From positions 160,001 to 224,000 of the forward strand of contig CAWCXJ010000006.1 of NCBI GenBank assembly GCA_963799485.1: DNA of 64,000 nt, in the 5' to 3' direction. How positions within the stretch are numbered: the first letter of the stretch is position 1; every line of letters begins with the position of its first letter. The DNA is from an uncultured Trueperaceae bacterium (GTDB taxonomy: Bacteria > Deinococcota > Deinococci > Deinococcales > Trueperaceae). Below the pieces are notes generated by a model. The model was not told the DNA's origin and searched no databases. It was given only the letters and a program-made list of their open reading frames with translations. Of the stretch, positions 30,021-40,284 are shown in pieces. Position numbers and translations under genes: made by a program.

Positions 30021-30313
30021 GCCGGGGAACATGTTTACTGTCCCGGCACGCTAGTCCAAGCTATGCACTTTAGTGCAAGACTTTAGTTGCTACTCACTTT
30101 TTGCCTTTGAAGCTAGACTTTCATCACCGACTCCGGGTCAATTCAGTAACGGCCGCATGAGCCGGGGCTTTAGTCCACCTTCAAACCTATGTACTCTAGT
30201 GGGTGTTTAGTTTTGGTTCGGGTAAGGATGTTCAAAGTATTCAGCAGTGTCAGCTTGTAAGATTGCTGTCAGAACCTTTAGCGTATTCTCCCTTAACCGA
30301 CGGGTTACCCCAC

Positions 30314-30387
30314 CCTCGGACGCGATGAAAGCTGTTCCTTATCTGGGCGCTTGGAACAGCCCGAGCAAGTAGCGCAACCGGCCGAGG
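30314..30387 (+). ncRNA. c-di-GMP-II riboswitch
   Basis: P1 CCTCGG/CCGAGG; GATGAA; stem GCTGTTCC/GGAACAGC with TGGGCGCT loop; 3' GAGCAAGTAGCGCAACCGGCC matches the class II consensus as recalled. Confidence 0.85.
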
Positions 30388-30477
30388 AGAGTGCAGCGCA
30401 CTCCACCTCACCCTGCACGGCATACCGTGCAACCGGGCCCAAATAGGAGGCCCAATATCCCCTGGGGTGGAGGAACG

Positions 30478-32742
30478 ATGAAACTGTCCGCCAGAAGTTA
30501 TTTATTTGGTTCACTTGCACTGCTCGCCGCGTGTAGCAGTGGTTTGGAGCGCGAGCTGCCGACGTTAGAGACGTTGGCGACCCCCACGACGCTGCGCGTC
30601 TCCGTCAAGCAGGCTTCGGACGACGCTGAAGAGTTGAGCGGACGACCGGTGCAGCTGACCGGCCCACTCCTCGATTTACGGGCCAAAAACGGCGTTTTAC
30701 AGCTGACGGGTATGCGGTTTCAAAACCTCGAGGTACCTGCGGGCGCTAAAATTGAAAGTGCCTACCTCGTCTTCAAGGCGGGTCTGACAGACACCGAAGC
30801 GGTAGGACTACAAATCTACGGTCAAGCGAATGATAACGCCCCTACCTTTACCACGGCACTAAACAACCTGAGTAACCGGGCCAAGACCTCGGCTAGGTTG
30901 CTGTGGAGCCCCGGTAGCTGGACGGTAGGCAAGGTCTACCAAACGCTCAACCTGGCCCCGGTCGTGCAGGAGATCGTCGGTCGGAGCGGCTGGCAAAGCG
31001 GCAACGCACTGGCTCTTTTCGTAGCAGGAGCGAGCAGCGCAGGCGAACGTGCAGTGATGGGTTTCGGCAACCCTTACGGCCCTGCGCCGGAACTGGTCGT
31101 AACCTATAGCGAGGGTAGTGGGTCTACCTCGACCACTACGTCCCCGGCTGCCCCTACAGCTGCAGCGACGAGCGGTACCCTGACGCTTAAGGTTGCCGGA
31201 ACCAAAGACGACGCCGAAGACGCGGCGAGCATGTCTACGAACGGCAAATCCCTCGACTTCTCGCAGAACCAGCAGACGGTCGGTTTACGCTTTACCGATG
31301 TCGGGCTCCCCCAAGGTGCCAAGATTACAGGTGCCACCATCAGCTTTACTGCCATCGCTGCCGACTCAGCGCCGATAAACTTGCAAGTTCAGGCTGAAGC
31401 GTCCGACGACGCCGCCCCTTTTAGCGGCAGTTTCAAGGCTCGCGCCAAAACTTCGGCGTCGGCACTCTGGCAACCCAAGCCGTGGCGTAAAGGTCTCGCT
31501 ACGCGCACTTCGAACCTGAGCAGCGTCGTCCAGGAGGTCGTGTCGCGCAGCGGTTGGGAGAGCGGCAACACCCTGGCGTTTTATGTGACCGGCGACCGCA
31601 ACGTCAAGCGCTCCGCCTATTCAGTCGATGCCGGCGCTAAATACGCCGCCGTTTTACGCATCACCTACGAATCGCAGCAATCCACCCCGACCCCGACGCC
31701 AAGCCCTGAGCCCATACCCGCACCTACACCTACACCGACGCCTGAGCCGGAACCCACACCTACACCGACGCCTGAGCCGGAACCCACCCCCACGCCGGAA
31801 CCCGAAACCGTTTCTTCGTCGGCACCAGCTAACTCTTGCCTCGAGCGCAGCGACGCCCCCCTGCTTACCCTGTCTGGAGATTACACCACGCCCCTCACCG
31901 TTCGGAACAAGAGCGCCGGAATAAGGATCGACGCCCGCAACGCCCGGCTGCTTACCGGCGCGCCGGTAAACACGAACTCTAACGGCGGCCAGTTTTGTTT
32001 TTACGGCGGCTATTTCGACAACGGCCTGAGCGACACCACCGACTGGGACGTCTTTCACAGCGCGATCAGCTTGCAGTTTTACAACACCCCGAACGCGGTC
32101 GTCGAAAACCTCACCATCTATCAGGCCGGCGACGGTATCACCTTTAAGAACAACAACCCCAACTGGGTCTTCCGCGACTCGTATGTCCGTCATGCAGGCG
32201 ACGACGGGGTAGAAAACGACCGCTTCAGCGAAGGGTTGGTCGACGACGTGCTGATCGACTGGGCGTACACCGGGTTGTCGTGCCGTAAAGAACAAGCCAC
32301 TGCCGCCGACGTCGATTACGACTTTACCGTCCGCGACAGCCTGATTGCCCTTAAACCGCAACGCGGGACCTACCTGAACCGCAATTCGCCGAGCCACGGT
32401 CAACTCTTAAAGGTCACGCAAGGGGTCACGCAAGGTTGCAAGCTCGTCCTTCAAAACAATGTTTTTTTAATTACCGGGTACGCCGGCTACATCGACCCCT
32501 CCGACGATCCGAAAGTCAACTACGACGTACTCGACCGCGCCGCGTGTCAAGGGAACAAAAACACCGTCGTCTACCTCGGCGGTAACGCGAGCTACCTCAA
32601 ACAGCTGCGTGAAGCTGCGCCCGAGTGCTTCGACGTCACCACCGACGTCGGCGTCTGGAAAACGGCGCGGGCCAAATGGTTTGACCGGCATCCGGGCTTT
32701 TCCGAATACCGTAACGCCGAACCTGCGGGGGCGGTCAACTAA
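30478..32742 (+). CDS. Large surface lipoprotein: two tandem repeated domains, Pro/Thr linker, right-handed beta-helix-like C-terminal domain
   Basis: Lipobox LLAA-C; repeated DDAE...RF...P.GAKI...VVQE.V.RSGW.SGN; PTPTPEPEP linker; GDGI and DDGVEND turns. Confidence 0.8.
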   Translation: MKLSARSYLFGSLALLAACSSGLERELPTLETLATPTTLRVSVKQASDDAEELSGRPVQLTGPLLDLRAKNGVLQLTGMRFQNLEVPAGAKIESAYLVFKAGLTDTEAVGLQIYGQANDNAPTFTTALNNLSNRAKTSARLLWSPGSWTVGKVYQTLNLAPVVQEIVGRSGWQSGNALALFVAGASSAGERAVMGFGNPYGPAPELVVTYSEGSGSTSTTTSPAAPTAAATSGTLTLKVAGTKDDAEDAASMSTNGKSLDFSQNQQTVGLRFTDVGLPQGAKITGATISFTAIAADSAPINLQVQAEASDDAAPFSGSFKARAKTSASALWQPKPWRKGLATRTSNLSSVVQEVVSRSGWESGNTLAFYVTGDRNVKRSAYSVDAGAKYAAVLRITYESQQSTPTPTPSPEPIPAPTPTPTPEPEPTPTPTPEPEPTPTPEPETVSSSAPANSCLERSDAPLLTLSGDYTTPLTVRNKSAGIRIDARNARLLTGAPVNTNSNGGQFCFYGGYFDNGLSDTTDWDVFHSAISLQFYNTPNAVVENLTIYQAGDGITFKNNNPNWVFRDSYVRHAGDDGVENDRFSEGLVDDVLIDWAYTGLSCRKEQATAADVDYDFTVRDSLIALKPQRGTYLNRNSPSHGQLLKVTQGVTQGCKLVLQNNVFLITGYAGYIDPSDDPKVNYDVLDRAACQGNKNTVVYLGGNASYLKQLREAAPECFDVTTDVGVWKTARAKWFDRHPGFSEYRNAEPAGAVN

Positions 32743-32761
32743 CGCCCACCAAAATCAGCGA

Positions 32762-32791
32762 GGACGCCGGAATGCTCCGGCGTCCCTTTTT
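32762..32791 (+). terminator. Intrinsic terminator
   Basis: GGACGCCGGA-ATGC-TCCGGCGTCC followed by CTTTTT. Confidence 0.85.
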
Positions 32792-32947
32792 GTGTTTATC
32801 GTCTTTACTCGTCCTTTGCATTCGCTCTCAGTATTTATCTACAGAACTCGAGAAACCGTTTTTTGATCCTGGCTGACGATAATCGGGCAGTCCCGTCGTT
32901 TATTACCGTAAAAGGGTACCCGGTTCCGGAAACCACTGTTCAGCGCA

Positions 32948-33232
32948 CTAAGAGCTTAGGCCGTCTTTAAGCCCTTTGCCCGCTTTGAACGCAGGATACT
33001 TGCTGGCGGCGATCTCGATCTTTTCGCTCGTGCCCGGTTTGACGCCTGTGCGGGCGCTGCGTTCACGCACCTCGAAGGTGCCGAACCCGGTCAGTTGCAC
33101 CTTGTCGCCGGACCTAAGGTGGGTGGCGACGCTCGCAAGCATCCCGTCGACAAGCGTCTTCACATCTTTTTGACCCATACCGGTCGTTTCGGAGAGTTCT
33201 TTGATCAGGTCGGCTTTGGAAACATTTGCCAT
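32948..33232 (-). CDS. hup: DNA-binding protein HU
   Basis: SKADLI, VQLTGFGTFEVRERSARTG, PAFKAGKGLKD. Confidence 0.95.
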   Translation of the reverse strand: MANVSKADLIKELSETTGMGQKDVKTLVDGMLASVATHLRSGDKVQLTGFGTFEVRERSARTGVKPGTSEKIEIAASKYPAFKAGKGLKDGLSS

Positions 33233-33375
33233 AGTTTGGCCTCCTTAAGTTTGAGCTACCATAACAGACTTTGAACACGCACGTGTAGGACGGGACTATG
33301 TTTGCAGCTGTGGTACCTCGGTAATCTAGTTGCGCAGCTGAACAGCACTTCACGCGGCTGTTTGCACGCGCGTCG

Positions 33376-35505
33376 CTACCGTTCAGCCGCTTGCTGCGCT
33401 TGAATGGCGGTGAGGGCGACCGTATACACGATATCTTCGACCAGTGCACCCCGCGAGAGGTCGTTTACCGGCTTCTTGAGCCCCTGCAGCATCGGGCCGA
33501 TGCTGATGACCTCGGCGCTGCGCTGCACCGCCTTGTAGGTCGTGTTGCCGGTGTTGAGGTCGGGAAAGATGAAGACCGTTGCGCGTCCGGCAACCTGAGA
33601 GTCCGGCGCTTTGCTTTTGGCGACTTCGGCAATCGCGGCGGCGTCGTACTGGAGCGGCCCGTCGATGAGCAGATCGGGGCGGCGCGCTTGCGCGAGCTTT
33701 GTCGCCTCACGCACCTTGTCGACGTCGCTACCGCTGCCCGAAACGCCCGTGCTGTAAGAGAGCATTGCCACGCGCGCCGGGATGCCGAACGCTACGGCGG
33801 ATTCGGCGCTCTGCACGGCGATATCGGCGAGTTCTTCGGGGGTCGGGTCGGGGTTGATGGCGCAGTCGCCGTAAACGAGCACCTGTTCGGGTAAACACAT
33901 AAAAAAGACCGACGAGACGACCCGGACGCCCGGCACCGTTTTGATGATCTGCAGCGCCGGACGAATCGTGTTGGCGGTGGTGTGAACGGCTCCCGACACG
34001 AGCCCGTCGACCTCGCCTTGTTGCAGCATCATCGTCCCTAACATCACGTTGTCTTGCAGCGCCTCTTCCGCCATCGGCACGTTGAGTCCCTTGTGTTTGC
34101 GGAGTTCGACCAGCGGTTGGGTAAAACGCTCGACTTGCCCGGCAGGGGAGAGCAGCTCGAGCCCCGCCGGTAGCGTCAACCCGGCCCGCGCCGCCGCACG
34201 CTCAATCTCGCCCGGGTCGCCAAGCAAGACGCAGCGGGCGATACCGCGCTCTACGCAGATACACGCGGCCTGAATCGTGCGCGGTTCAACGCCTTCGGGC
34301 AGGACGATGCGTTTGTCGGCGGCGCGGGCACGTTCGACGAGCAGATGACGAAAGGCGGGCGGGCTCAGGCGGCGGTTTTCGGTCGAGGCGCGGCTCAGCG
34401 CTTCGAGCGCTTCGACGGCGACGCTTTCAGCGACCCGCGCAATCAGCAGTTCGATGCGTTCGGTATCGTCTAAAGGAACCTCGAGGTTCATCTCGCGGAC
34501 TCTAAGAGCGGCCTGAAACGAATCGTCGGGAACGAGCAGCAGCGTCAGGCCGGTGGCGAGTCCGGGTTCGCAGAGTTCAAGCATCGGCGCGCCCGGTCTG
34601 CGCCCGTTCGTCAGCAAGAGCGCGGCGATAGGTCGCCCGCTAAGGGCCGCCATCGACGCGGCGAGGACTAAATCCTCGCGGTCGCCCGAGGTGATAAAAA
34701 GGGTGCCGGGCAACAGGCGCTGCGCGGCGTTCGAGACCGTACTCGCGCCGAGTGCGACGTCGGTGACGCGGCGCTCGGTGTCGCCTGGGCGCAGGATTTC
34801 GGCCCCCAAAAACTTGGCGATATCCCCGACGCGCGGCGCGAGCAGGTCGCGTTCCCAGGGGATGGTGCCGAGCAGCCGAATATCGCCCCGCCGTAAAACG
34901 GGTGTAGCCGCACGGTAGTCGAGGGCTGCTTCACCTATTTGCGCTTCGTCCAGGCGCATAAAACTCCGCGCGCCTGCGGGCGCACCCACCTGATTGAGAA
35001 TGCAGCCCAACACGCGGCCCCCGGACGCGCCGCCGAAGTTTTGCGCGGCCAGCTCGAGCGCGTCCGAAAGCCCTTCCGGAAGACCGTTCGGAGCCGAGAC
35101 CAAGATGACCTCGGCGTCTAAACTGCTTGCTAACCCGGCGTTGAGCGCCGACGTATAGGATTGCTCAGACGACGGCACCAGCCCTTCGACGATAACGACG
35201 TCGGCGCGGCTCCCCGCCGCTTCAACCCGCGCGACGACCTCTTCAAAAAGCCGCCCGCGCTGCGCGTGTGCGTACAGGTCGGCGGCTTTGTCCGCCGGCA
35301 GGGGCGGCGGCGGCGAAAACCCGGCGATAAGTTCGACAAGGCGGCTCGAGCGTTCCGGCCCGGTATCCCCCTCGTGCGGTTGCGCGATGGGTTTGCAAAA
35401 CCCGACCCTGACCCCCCGCCGGTCGAGCGCGTGAACGAGGCCGACCGCGACCGTCGTCAGACCGACGCGCGGCCCGGTCGGGACGACTAAAATAGCTTGA
35501 GCCAC
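33376..35505 (-). CDS. pta: Phosphate acetyltransferase (long form with BioD-like and DRTGG domains)
   Basis: RIVLPEG, SGAVHTTANTIRPALQ, GDCAINP, FPDLNTGN, PVNDLSRG. Confidence 0.95.
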   Translation of the reverse strand: MAQAILVVPTGPRVGLTTVAVGLVHALDRRGVRVGFCKPIAQPHEGDTGPERSSRLVELIAGFSPPPPLPADKAADLYAHAQRGRLFEEVVARVEAAGSRADVVIVEGLVPSSEQSYTSALNAGLASSLDAEVILVSAPNGLPEGLSDALELAAQNFGGASGGRVLGCILNQVGAPAGARSFMRLDEAQIGEAALDYRAATPVLRRGDIRLLGTIPWERDLLAPRVGDIAKFLGAEILRPGDTERRVTDVALGASTVSNAAQRLLPGTLFITSGDREDLVLAASMAALSGRPIAALLLTNGRRPGAPMLELCEPGLATGLTLLLVPDDSFQAALRVREMNLEVPLDDTERIELLIARVAESVAVEALEALSRASTENRRLSPPAFRHLLVERARAADKRIVLPEGVEPRTIQAACICVERGIARCVLLGDPGEIERAAARAGLTLPAGLELLSPAGQVERFTQPLVELRKHKGLNVPMAEEALQDNVMLGTMMLQQGEVDGLVSGAVHTTANTIRPALQIIKTVPGVRVVSSVFFMCLPEQVLVYGDCAINPDPTPEELADIAVQSAESAVAFGIPARVAMLSYSTGVSGSGSDVDKVREATKLAQARRPDLLIDGPLQYDAAAIAEVAKSKAPDSQVAGRATVFIFPDLNTGNTTYKAVQRSAEVISIGPMLQGLKKPVNDLSRGALVEDIVYTVALTAIQAQQAAER

Positions 35506-35542
35506 AGGAAACCTTTCAAACCGGTACCTTTCACGTTATCCG

Positions 35543-36745
35543 TCAAGAGGACGCCCCCAAAAAGCTCCAGCAGCTCTGCGCGATGGCCCAGTTCTCCTGT
35601 GCGTGAACGACCAACACCCGAACAGAAGCGTCTGTTGCAGCGACGTCCGTATCAACCGGCGAGGCTTCATTTTTGCCCTCATCGAGCCGAATACCTAAAA
35701 ACCCGAACGCCGCACAGACCTCCCGGCGAATAAAGGCGCTGTGCTCACCTACGCCGCCCGTAAAAACCAGCGCGTCGAAACCGCCGAGGCTCGCTAACAT
35801 CGCGCCGAGATAAAACCTTATCCGGTGAACGTAAACGGTAAGCGCCAGCACTGCCCGTGAATCTCCCGCTGCTGCCGCCGTGCTCACATCCCTTAAATCG
35901 CCCGACACGCCGGAAAGTCCTTTAAGTCCCGATTCGCTGTTTAAGACCCGGTTCAGTTCGTCGGCAGTGTAACCCTTTTCACGCAGCAGATAGAGCAGCA
36001 AACCGGGGTCGAGCGTCCCCGAGCGTGTGCCCATCATCAGGCCCTCCAAGGGCGTAAAGCCCATCGTCGTATCGACACTTTTGCCCTCACGCACGGCTGC
36101 CAGCGAGCAGCCGTTGCCAAGGTGACAGGTGATGAGTTTAAGGGACGTAAGCGGTCTTCCCAACAGCTGAGCGGCGCGTCCGGCAGCGTAGGCGTGACTG
36201 ATACCGTGAAAGCCGTAACGCCGAATACCCTCATCAATCCAGCGGTGGGGGCCGGGATAAACCGCCGCCGCATCCGGCAAGGTGGCGTGAAAGGCGGTAT
36301 CGAAAACGGCGATTTGCGGGGTCTCACCGAACAAGTCTTTGGCAACCCCGATACCGACTAAGGCGGCGGGATTGTGCGCCGGAGCCAAAGGAGAAAGTTC
36401 GTCAATGGCCCTTTCAACTTCGGGCGTAAGCAGCGTACTTTCCTGATACGTCCGGCCCCCGTGAACGACGCGGTGCCCGATAATAGCTACCTCGTCCGGG
36501 CTCGAGATTACCTGCGTCGGGCCTCCCCAGAGCGCTTCTAAAAGCTGCGGCAACGCCTCGGCGGGCGACGCCGACGGGAGAAGCGTCTCAAAAATTGCCC
36601 CCGCCGCCGTCCAGACCTTGAGCCTGGGGCCGTCGGCGTGCGCTTCCCAGACGGGTGCGGGCGGCGTGTCCGGGATACCGTCAAGGGCGTAAAGACAGCA
36701 CTTTTGGCTGCTCGAGCCTGAATTCAAAACCAAGATTTTATTCAG
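35543..36745 (-). CDS. ackA: Acetate kinase (probable CTG start; TTG at 36733 is the alternative)
   Basis: KILVLNSGSSS, GHRVVHGG, FDTAFH, RYGFHG, HLGNG, FTGGVGE. Confidence 0.95.
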   Translation of the reverse strand: MNKILVLNSGSSSQKCCLYALDGIPDTPPAPVWEAHADGPRLKVWTAAGAIFETLLPSASPAEALPQLLEALWGGPTQVISSPDEVAIIGHRVVHGGRTYQESTLLTPEVERAIDELSPLAPAHNPAALVGIGVAKDLFGETPQIAVFDTAFHATLPDAAAVYPGPHRWIDEGIRRYGFHGISHAYAAGRAAQLLGRPLTSLKLITCHLGNGCSLAAVREGKSVDTTMGFTPLEGLMMGTRSGTLDPGLLLYLLREKGYTADELNRVLNSESGLKGLSGVSGDLRDVSTAAAAGDSRAVLALTVYVHRIRFYLGAMLASLGGFDALVFTGGVGEHSAFIRREVCAAFGFLGIRLDEGKNEASPVDTDVAATDASVRVLVVHAQENWAIAQSCWSFLGASS

Positions 36746-36790
36746 CGTGACGCCTCTTTCTTGCTCGCGTGAGGTTTACGGTGATGAGCG

Positions 36791-37159
36791 CTACGCCTCG
36801 CCGTTGCCGAGTTGCCCCAACCAGTCCGTCGCCTCCGCCACGTTTTCAAAATACGCGACTTCGGCGCTCGTAAACGGGTTGCCGAGCCGGGTAAACGCCT
36901 CTTGCCAGCCCGCGTTCCCGACGATAGCAACACGCTTAAAATCGCTCAGGTGCTGCGCGTCGAACTTGAGGTCTCTCCACGCGGCAGCTGGTTCGATGTT
37001 CTTGACCTTTGCCATGTCAAAAAGCAGGTTGAGCTTGCCGTACTCGTTAATAAACTCTACTAATTCCGGTGTGATTTTCCCGTAATCCTCGGCGGTGAGG
37101 TCGCCCTCGGCGGTCATCGTCACGAGATTGCGTGACGGGTCAACGGCTGTTTGAATCAT
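36791..37159 (-). CDS. STAS/SEC14 (SpoIIAA-like) domain protein
   Basis: GDLTAEDY, AAWRDLKF, FKRVAIVG, VAYF...EATDWL; GGAG RBS. Confidence 0.85.
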   Translation of the reverse strand: MIQTAVDPSRNLVTMTAEGDLTAEDYGKITPELVEFINEYGKLNLLFDMAKVKNIEPAAAWRDLKFDAQHLSDFKRVAIVGNAGWQEAFTRLGNPFTSAEVAYFENVAEATDWLGQLGNGEA

Positions 37160-37313
37160 CGCGTCTCCTCTTAGACCCAAGCTACCGCAAGTCAGGCAGC
37201 GAGTTTTGGGGTGCGCCTACGGCTTGCAAAAAGCAGGAAGCAAAAACTGAAGACCGTTGCCTGAGTGCGCCTCGAGCCGAGTTCTTTTCCAGACATCGGG
37301 TAGAGTAGTCGGC

Positions 37314-38396
37314 GTGGACGTTGCCACCCTACTAGAACGCGCCGCCGCCATCCCCAGCGTTTCGGGTGCAGAGGGCGAGCTTGCCGACTTTTTGACCTCA
37401 CAGCTGGCGACTTTTTGCGGTGAAGCGTTTGTCGACGCTGCCGGAAACGCCGTCGGACGTGTTGGTTCAGGGCCGCTCGAGGTGACTTTTCTGGGTCACA
37501 TCGACACCGTGCCCGGCGTGGTTCCGGTACGCGTCCAAGACGGCAAACTCTACGGGCGCGGCACCGTCGACGCCAAAGGCCCGTTTTGTACGGCAGTCGC
37601 GGCTGCCGCGAGGTTGCCGCAAAACGTAAAAGACGCCCTGACGCTGACGCTTATCGGCGCAGTCGAAGAAGAGGTGCCCTCGAGTAAAGGTGCCCGCTTT
37701 GCCGTAAACGCCTACGCCAAACCCGACCTGCTCATCATCGGGGAGCCCTCGAGCTGGGACGCGCTGACGCTCGGTTACAAGGGGCGGCTGGTGGGGCGGC
37801 TCGAGCTTGTCAAACCTGCGTTTCACAGCGCCGGCGAGGGGACGACCGCTGCCGAAGACCTCGTAACTTGCTGGCAAAAGGTTCAAACGTGGGCCGAGGG
37901 GACGCCGACCGCCTCCGCCGGCCCGTTCGACCGGGTTCAGGTCGCGTTGCAAGGTTTTAACACCCACGCCGACGGCCTCAGTCAAAAGGCTGAAGCCGTT
38001 ATCGGTCTGCGGTTGCCGCCGAGTTGTCCTCCGGCTGAAGCTGAACGGGGGTTACGGCGGGCACTCCGAGCTAGTGAGGGACTCGAGCTCACCTTCAGCG
38101 GACACGAAACCGCCTACCGTGGCCCGAAAGATACCCCGCTTACCCGCGCCTTCCGGGTTGCCATTCGCGCCGAGGGGGGCACGCCGCGGTTCAAGGTCAA
38201 AACCGGCACGTCGGATATGAACGTTGTCGCGCCCTTGTGGGACGTGCCGATGCTCGCTTACGGCCCCGGCGATTCGGCGCTCGACCATACGCCGAACGAA
38301 CACACCGAACTCGCGGAGCTGGCGCGCGCCGTAAAAGTTCTTGGTGGCGCTTTGGAGCATCTTGCCAAGGGGAGCCGAAACGCAAAAACGCCTTGA
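37314..38396 (+). CDS. lysK: [LysW]-lysine hydrolase (M20 family)
   Basis: [49 protein letters not shown]. Confidence 0.9.
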   Translation: MDVATLLERAAAIPSVSGAEGELADFLTSQLATFCGEAFVDAAGNAVGRVGSGPLEVTFLGHIDTVPGVVPVRVQDGKLYGRGTVDAKGPFCTAVAAAARLPQNVKDALTLTLIGAVEEEVPSSKGARFAVNAYAKPDLLIIGEPSSWDALTLGYKGRLVGRLELVKPAFHSAGEGTTAAEDLVTCWQKVQTWAEGTPTASAGPFDRVQVALQGFNTHADGLSQKAEAVIGLRLPPSCPPAEAERGLRRALRASEGLELTFSGHETAYRGPKDTPLTRAFRVAIRAEGGTPRFKVKTGTSDMNVVAPLWDVPMLAYGPGDSALDHTPNEHTELAELARAVKVLGGALEHLAKGSRNAKTP

Positions 38397-38461
38397 CGCC
38401 GAAATGCACCCCGAAACTCCGTCCGCCGGTGCACCTGCACGGTGGTAGCTTGGTAAGGTGA

Positions 38462-38934
38462 TAGCACTTCCAGCACTTAATGCTCCACCCTGTAGCCACA
38501 ATGCTTGAAGGTATTGAGGACGTTTTCAGGCGTAACGGTTTTGACCGCATCACAAAAAGCATAAATGAGGGCGTAAGGTTTCGGGACGAAGCGCTTTGAT
38601 AAAGGCTTTGAGCTTGGCAAAGTGATGTTCACAGGCATTTAGGTCGGGTGAGTAGGTGGGCAGGTATAAGCGTTCACAACCGAAACGTTCGACTGCCAGG
38701 TACGCGGTTCGCGCTTGTTCATCTCGCTCTCGAGCGCTGAAGCTCTTTTTTTGTGGGTGATGCCCAGCTAACGTCCCTGCCGCAGCGCACATAGCGCGCG
38801 ACGCGCCAGCGACTGACCCCGAAGCGTCTGGCTACGGCACTTTTACTCTGCCCTTCCTCAACGTGTGCTTTAACGATGCGTTCTCGTAAGTCCAGTGAAT
38901 AGCTGCCCACAGCTTGGTTTAGGCTGCTGCGGTA
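38462..38934 (-). mobile_element. Degenerate, internally deleted IS630-family element
   Basis: YSLDLRERIV...SAVARRFGVS (HTH), KKSFSARERDE, YLPTYSPDLNACEHHFAKLK and FKHCGY pieces in shifting frames. Confidence 0.85.
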
Positions 38935-38939
38935 AAGGT

Positions 38940-39197
38940 TGGCAGTGCTAACGCTATCACTGCCGGCGCACGCGTTCCTGGGCGTCGTTTGTAGTCGTGA
39001 GGCTAAAAAGGAGCATTCCAAACGACGACTTGATCGCGCTGAGTGTGCCGGAGGTGCGGCATTTGCCGTGTTTGCTGTTCTGGCATAGCAGGCTGGACTC
39101 GCAGTTTGTTCTGGCTCGGTCGTGGCGGCGGCATCGGGCCCGGGCGAGACACGCTCGTTTCGGGCGGCAAAAGCGCCATCTGCAACTGCAAGACTAG
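38940..39197 (+). mobile_element. IS701-family transposase C-terminal remnant
   Basis: TLSLPAHAFL...LIALSVPEVRHL...SWRRHRARAR...LQLQD resembles IS701 C-termini. Confidence 0.65.
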
Positions 39198-39198
39198 T

Positions 39199-40284
39199 CT
39201 AGGCCTCACCGTTTTCGCTGTCAGAGAGCGGCTCATCGACTTCGACCTTCATGACTTCACGCAGTACACTTGTCGCAAACGAACCTTTTTGCAAGGTAAA
39301 GGCGAGCGTGTAACCGTCACTTTCAGGCGTCAGCATTACGTCTTCTAAAAAGATACGGCTCGGGCGGCGCGAGCCTTTACGGGCGGTAAAGTCGCTCCAG
39401 CGGAGGCCGAAGTGCTCGAGCGTCCCCCCTTCCAGCACGCCCGCGTCAGCCCCGCTTACCTTGACCTTTTTGCCGTACAGCGGCAGCGTCGCGGAAATTT
39501 CACCGTGCGCGGCCCTTGCCCCTTCAACGTCAGCATCTTCCACGACGAACACGCCGCCCGTGTCGCGTTTTTTCGCCCAGTCGCCCTGCACGACCGCGCC
39601 GTATAACCCGCGCCCCAGCCGCACGCTCAACATATGGTTAAACAGCAAAGACTGCAGCGCCGACAGAAAAAAGCGCTTGAGCCGGTGGCCCCCCGGTACG
39701 TGTTCACCCCGGATGAGTTTCAGCCCATCGACCGCGTTGGTACCGAAACGTCCAAAACGCTGCGGGCCAAAGTAATTTGGGACACCTTGCGTTTCGAGAA
39801 CCTCCAGCACCGCTGCCGCTGCCACCGCGTTACCCCCCCGAACCCGGATGCTAAAACGGTTGCCGCGTAGGTGCCCGGTACCGAGTTTATTGCGGTGCCT
39901 CGAGGTTTCCAACACCTCTGCGCCGTCAAGCTTCTCGAGCGCCGTAAAAGCCGCCGCGTGACGGTTGGGAACACTCAGCCACTGCCTCGTCACGGCGTAC
40001 TTGTCTTTAAGTCCGGCAACGCCGATTTCTTTTTCCTTGAGACCCTGCCGCAAAAGCGCTAAAACCAGGTCACGGGTGGTCAACCCGCGTTTTTCGACGA
40101 ACGCGTAGGCGTGCGAACCCGAGCCCTCCGGCAAGTAAAGCGGAATTTCTTCGACGGTAAAGTCCTCCGGGTGGCTGCGGATGTGCCCGCCACTACCGGG
40201 GAGCTGCGCGGTCAGGGGCGGCAGATCGCGCCAGCGAAAACGAAAGTCCGGCAAGGTCGTAGGGTTCTCAGGGTTCGGGGTCAC
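39199..40284 (-). CDS. truD: tRNA pseudouridine(13) synthase
   Basis: EDFTVEE, AGLKDKYAVTRQW, GNRFSI, PNYFGPQRFG, GSFATSVLRE. Confidence 0.95.
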   Translation of the reverse strand: MTPNPENPTTLPDFRFRWRDLPPLTAQLPGSGGHIRSHPEDFTVEEIPLYLPEGSGSHAYAFVEKRGLTTRDLVLALLRQGLKEKEIGVAGLKDKYAVTRQWLSVPNRHAAAFTALEKLDGAEVLETSRHRNKLGTGHLRGNRFSIRVRGGNAVAAAAVLEVLETQGVPNYFGPQRFGRFGTNAVDGLKLIRGEHVPGGHRLKRFFLSALQSLLFNHMLSVRLGRGLYGAVVQGDWAKKRDTGGVFVVEDADVEGARAAHGEISATLPLYGKKVKVSGADAGVLEGGTLEHFGLRWSDFTARKGSRRPSRIFLEDVMLTPESDGYTLAFTLQKGSFATSVLREVMKVEVDEPLSDSENGEA

